This document shows positions 60,941-64,000 of a DNA stretch of 64,000 nucleotides, piece after piece. The position numbers and the translations under genes are program-made. The stretch lies in contig NC_059437.1 in NCBI RefSeq assembly GCF_021028975.2, positions 45,198,001 through 45,262,000 on the forward strand, read 5' to 3'. The stretch's first letter is position 1. Each line of letters opens with the position of its first letter. The stretch comes from Sphaerodactylus townsendi (lineage: Eukaryota). Below the pieces are notes generated by a model that was given only the letters and a program-made list of their open reading frames with translations, was not told the origin of the DNA and made no database searches.

Positions 60941-62544
60941 GAAATGGGCTGTAACACTGTTGGGGGGGGGATTACATTTTTAATGTCCCCCCCCCCAAAA
61001 AATAACTCTATCCAAATAAAATAAATAGTACATCAGCTAAAAAGGTCTTGTGCTATCATTTTACATGCTGTGCTAGTTTGCCTTTTTTAGGGCAGGTAGA
61101 AGTTTGAAACAGATAATTTTTCACCTGCAATCTGTACTAGTGCATCCTTCCACCTCAGTACTCCGTCTCAATATTACCTTTTAATTCTCCATGTGTATGC
61201 TGGGCAGGAGTCCTCTTCAATCCAAATGCTTCACCTCATCAGTTTTGCTGAATTGCAATCGGCGCCTCGTTTTAACAACATTTTCTTGAAAACAAGGTGC
61301 CTTGAAATGGGACTTGCTCAAATGAAACGTCCCAGAAGTGCAAAGACATGCACATACAAGCCAAAGCATGCATGCACCTGGGATAGCTTACCTGTTCCCT
61401 CTGCAGCAACTCCTCATATAAAACTGAAGAACACTCTTTCAGCTTGGGAGATGGCGGATGGCTGGCCCATTCCTGCGTGAGAATAACAACAGTGAGCATC
61501 ATGTATTAACTTGGAGCACATGTGGATCTACCAGTAATGGAATTATGCCTGTATTTCCCAACTGTTGAATACAGAACTTAACCCCCCCACTCCCACCCCA
61601 TGCAGAAGGCTTTGGCACACCTGGCACGGCAATTTTACTTGTGGAAACCTGTTTCCACACATAGATTGCATTCTCTGGTTCGGCATGATTATGTTTAGGG
61701 TCAAGATGCTAGATGGGTGGTGTCAGATATTCATCCAAGCATCACCTCAAACACTCAGCAGGAACCAGTGGTAAAGGTCATCGTGGGCTGTACCATTTCG
61801 AGCTGCAGGTGAAAAATTGTAAATGTCAGTGCTTAAAAAAAACCCCTCTGCTTGTTGCACTTCCAGGATTCAGCTGAGAAACTAGTTTGTTTGCAAAGGG
61901 AGTTCAGGGTGCGTTGAAACACACCACCTGCCCTTGCATAAAGTGGTACATTCTAAAAACAGGGGGGACTCTCCTACCCCTCCCTCCTATGATTGCTAGC
62001 TCTGGGTGAGGAAATACCTGGAGACTTTGGGTGGTGGAGCCTGGTGGGGGGCAGGGTTTGGTAAAGGGAAGGACATCAGTAGCACATAATGCCATAGCAT
62101 TATAGAGTCCACCCTCCAAAGCAGTCATTTTTGCTGTCTGGAGATCAATGGAAATAGCAAGAGATCTCCTGGAGATTGGCAACCTACTACTCCCTCCTGA
62201 TGCATCCACTCTCTCTGGGGAGGACTAGTACATTGTGGGCAAATTGTGCGGGTTTGCTGTAGGAGTTCAGAATCAGCAAGATGCACACTGATTGGCTAAT
62301 CAAGAGATTGGACTAGATGGCTCTGTGATTCTGTACTTCTGCTGGTGGAAGTGCCCGTATGCGGGAACAAAACATCCGTTGGATACAGACAACACACAAT
62401 TAGTTCAGCCACTGGGCGAAACTTTTGTTTGTTCCTCAAGCTCAGTTAATTTGTTTCTTCTTGTGCTTTTTCTTCTGGACTCTTATCTCTGATGGCTTGC
62501 TATTCAGAGTGCTGCCAACTTTTGCATTATCTGTCCGTTTAGTA

Positions 62545-62746
62545 GGATGTTGTGGGTTTTCTGGTTTGTGTGGCCGTGTTCCAGTAGTATTTTCTCCTGA
62601 TGTGTTGCCTGATGTGTTGCCTGCATCTCAGAAACGTCAGGAGAAAATACTACTGGAACACGGCCACACAACCCGGAAAACCAACACAATACAACCCGGA
62701 AAATCTATCCTAGTGATTCCGGCCATGAAAGCCTTTGGCAATACAT
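62545..62746. mobile_element. Penelope-like inverted terminal fragment
   Basis: Same family and inverted layout as 22220-22372. Confidence 0.7.
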
Positions 62747-62979
62747 TGTCCATTTATGATTTCTTTTAATGGTTTGGATCCTTAGGTACCGTTCCTATGG
62801 GAAGAGTAGTGTTAATGTCCTCTACTGCAATTCCATTCATGCTGCTTTAAGATCCAAAGCAGTGCTTCTGCTGATTTTTATGCTGTTAGGTTTAATTGTT
62901 CGATTTTTCTTTGATTTACTGACTTTATTGCATGTTTTACTCTGGCTTGGAAATCATTGATGGACATAGTCTGAGACAG

Positions 62980-63545
62980 AAGCGTACCAAGGGTAAATGG
63001 TGCCCGGAGACAAATTGTCTCCAGGATGCCCCCCCAGGCTCTGCCCCCTAGCTCCACCCCCTGATGCCCCCTAGCTCCACCCCCACTGCCCTCAACCCCA
63101 CCCATGTCACCATGGACATGGGCAAGGTCTAGGGTGCCCACCTCCCCCCCCAGACTCCCCCTGCCGGCTGGGCTCCCAACCGGCAGCCTCTTCTGACCTC
63201 CCCTCCGGGCAGGCCAGAAGAGACTGCAGTCCCGGCCTCGGAGACCTTCTTTTATAAGCACTGAGGCCAGGGGGTGGGGCTTGGGGAGCAGGAAGGGGTG
63301 GAAGCCCAGCCGGCAGGGGGGAAGGAAGGGAGGGGGTATCCAGGGTGGGGTTGAGGGCACTTGCAGGCAGCAGGAAGTCCTGCTGCCTCGTCGTTTTTTG
63401 CGTGCCTCTGACGTGGTTGGGGCACGTGAAAACAACGAGACAGCAGGACTTCCTGGTCATGTGGGGGGGGGCCGATTTTGCGCCCCCCACATGACCAGAA
63501 GAGTGGCACCCGGGGATATACCTCCGGTCTGAGATATACCTACTT
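62980..63545. mobile_element. Probable GC-rich non-autonomous DNA transposon (hAT-like)
   Basis: GC-rich block with ggtgcccgg/ggcacccgggg subterminal motifs and an internal inverted caggaagtcctgctg / cagcaggacttcctg; termini degenerate. Confidence 0.4.
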
Positions 63546-64000
63546 CCAAATAAATGAATATATTAAAAACACAGGGGATGGGAAAGTGACAGCAAATGGC
63601 TATATTTTTAAAATGTGCATTCTGAATGTACTGAACCAACACTGTACTATGCCATCAGATTGCACATAGAAAAGTAAGATCTCATCAAAGCTAATGGCTA
63701 ATAGTAACACTGGCAAATATTAATCATTAGTATTAATTAGCAGGAAATAAATGCACACCTTTACAATTAAGATCAAATGTGCTACTCAAAAATTGATTCA
63801 ATAATTTAAAAATAATGTATTCCTTCCAAAGACTTTTTAAAAAGTTCTAATGTTGTTCAATTTGCCTTGATTTTTTTTGCAAGTTCCCATTGATGGGTCA
63901 CTTCCTCAATTTCCAATAATTTCAAGGCTTTTTAACACTGATGCTTTATTGAAACCAAAGAATTATTTCCCCAATGCTTATTGTTTTTTGTTCTCGCCTA

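Noticed and set aside
62878-63532. GC-rich ORFs as the TBX1 terminal exon
   Set aside because: No resemblance to the TBX1 C-terminus in any listed frame; the block looks like a DNA-transposon derivative.

Overview
Vertebrate genomic DNA, inferred from its repeat content to be a squamate reptile, probably a gecko. The window holds most of TBX1 on the + strand. Six canonical coding exons (27379-27884, 37332-37433, 43990-44161, 46098-46253, 56249-56316, 58831-58931) have GT-AG junctions that splice in frame and encode the whole T-box. The last coding exon was not found and presumably lies beyond base 64000. A further upstream coding exon (23682-23916) splices in frame into an acceptor inside the first canonical exon (AG 27438-27439). 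It extends the known MHFS.VTRDME start by 67 residues that begin with an eh1-like Groucho/TLE-binding motif (LSPKASAFRIASLI). This predicts a two-promoter switch between repressor-motif-bearing and motif-less TBX1 isoforms, the most interesting signal here. The rest is CpG islands, candidate enhancers (one Fox site resembles the known Tbx1 upstream enhancer site) and dense transposon debris: Squam3-like and 5S-derived SINEs, about 18 palindromic PIF/Harbinger-type MITEs plus related families, hAT MITEs, a Tigger derivative, CR1/RTE-X/Rex fragments, Penelope ends with hammerhead-ribozyme remnants, and an LTR-like insert flanked by a 103-bp exact duplication. There are two assembly gaps. Exon and TSD coordinates were counted by hand; repeat boundaries are approximate and repeat family names are from recognition, not database searches.
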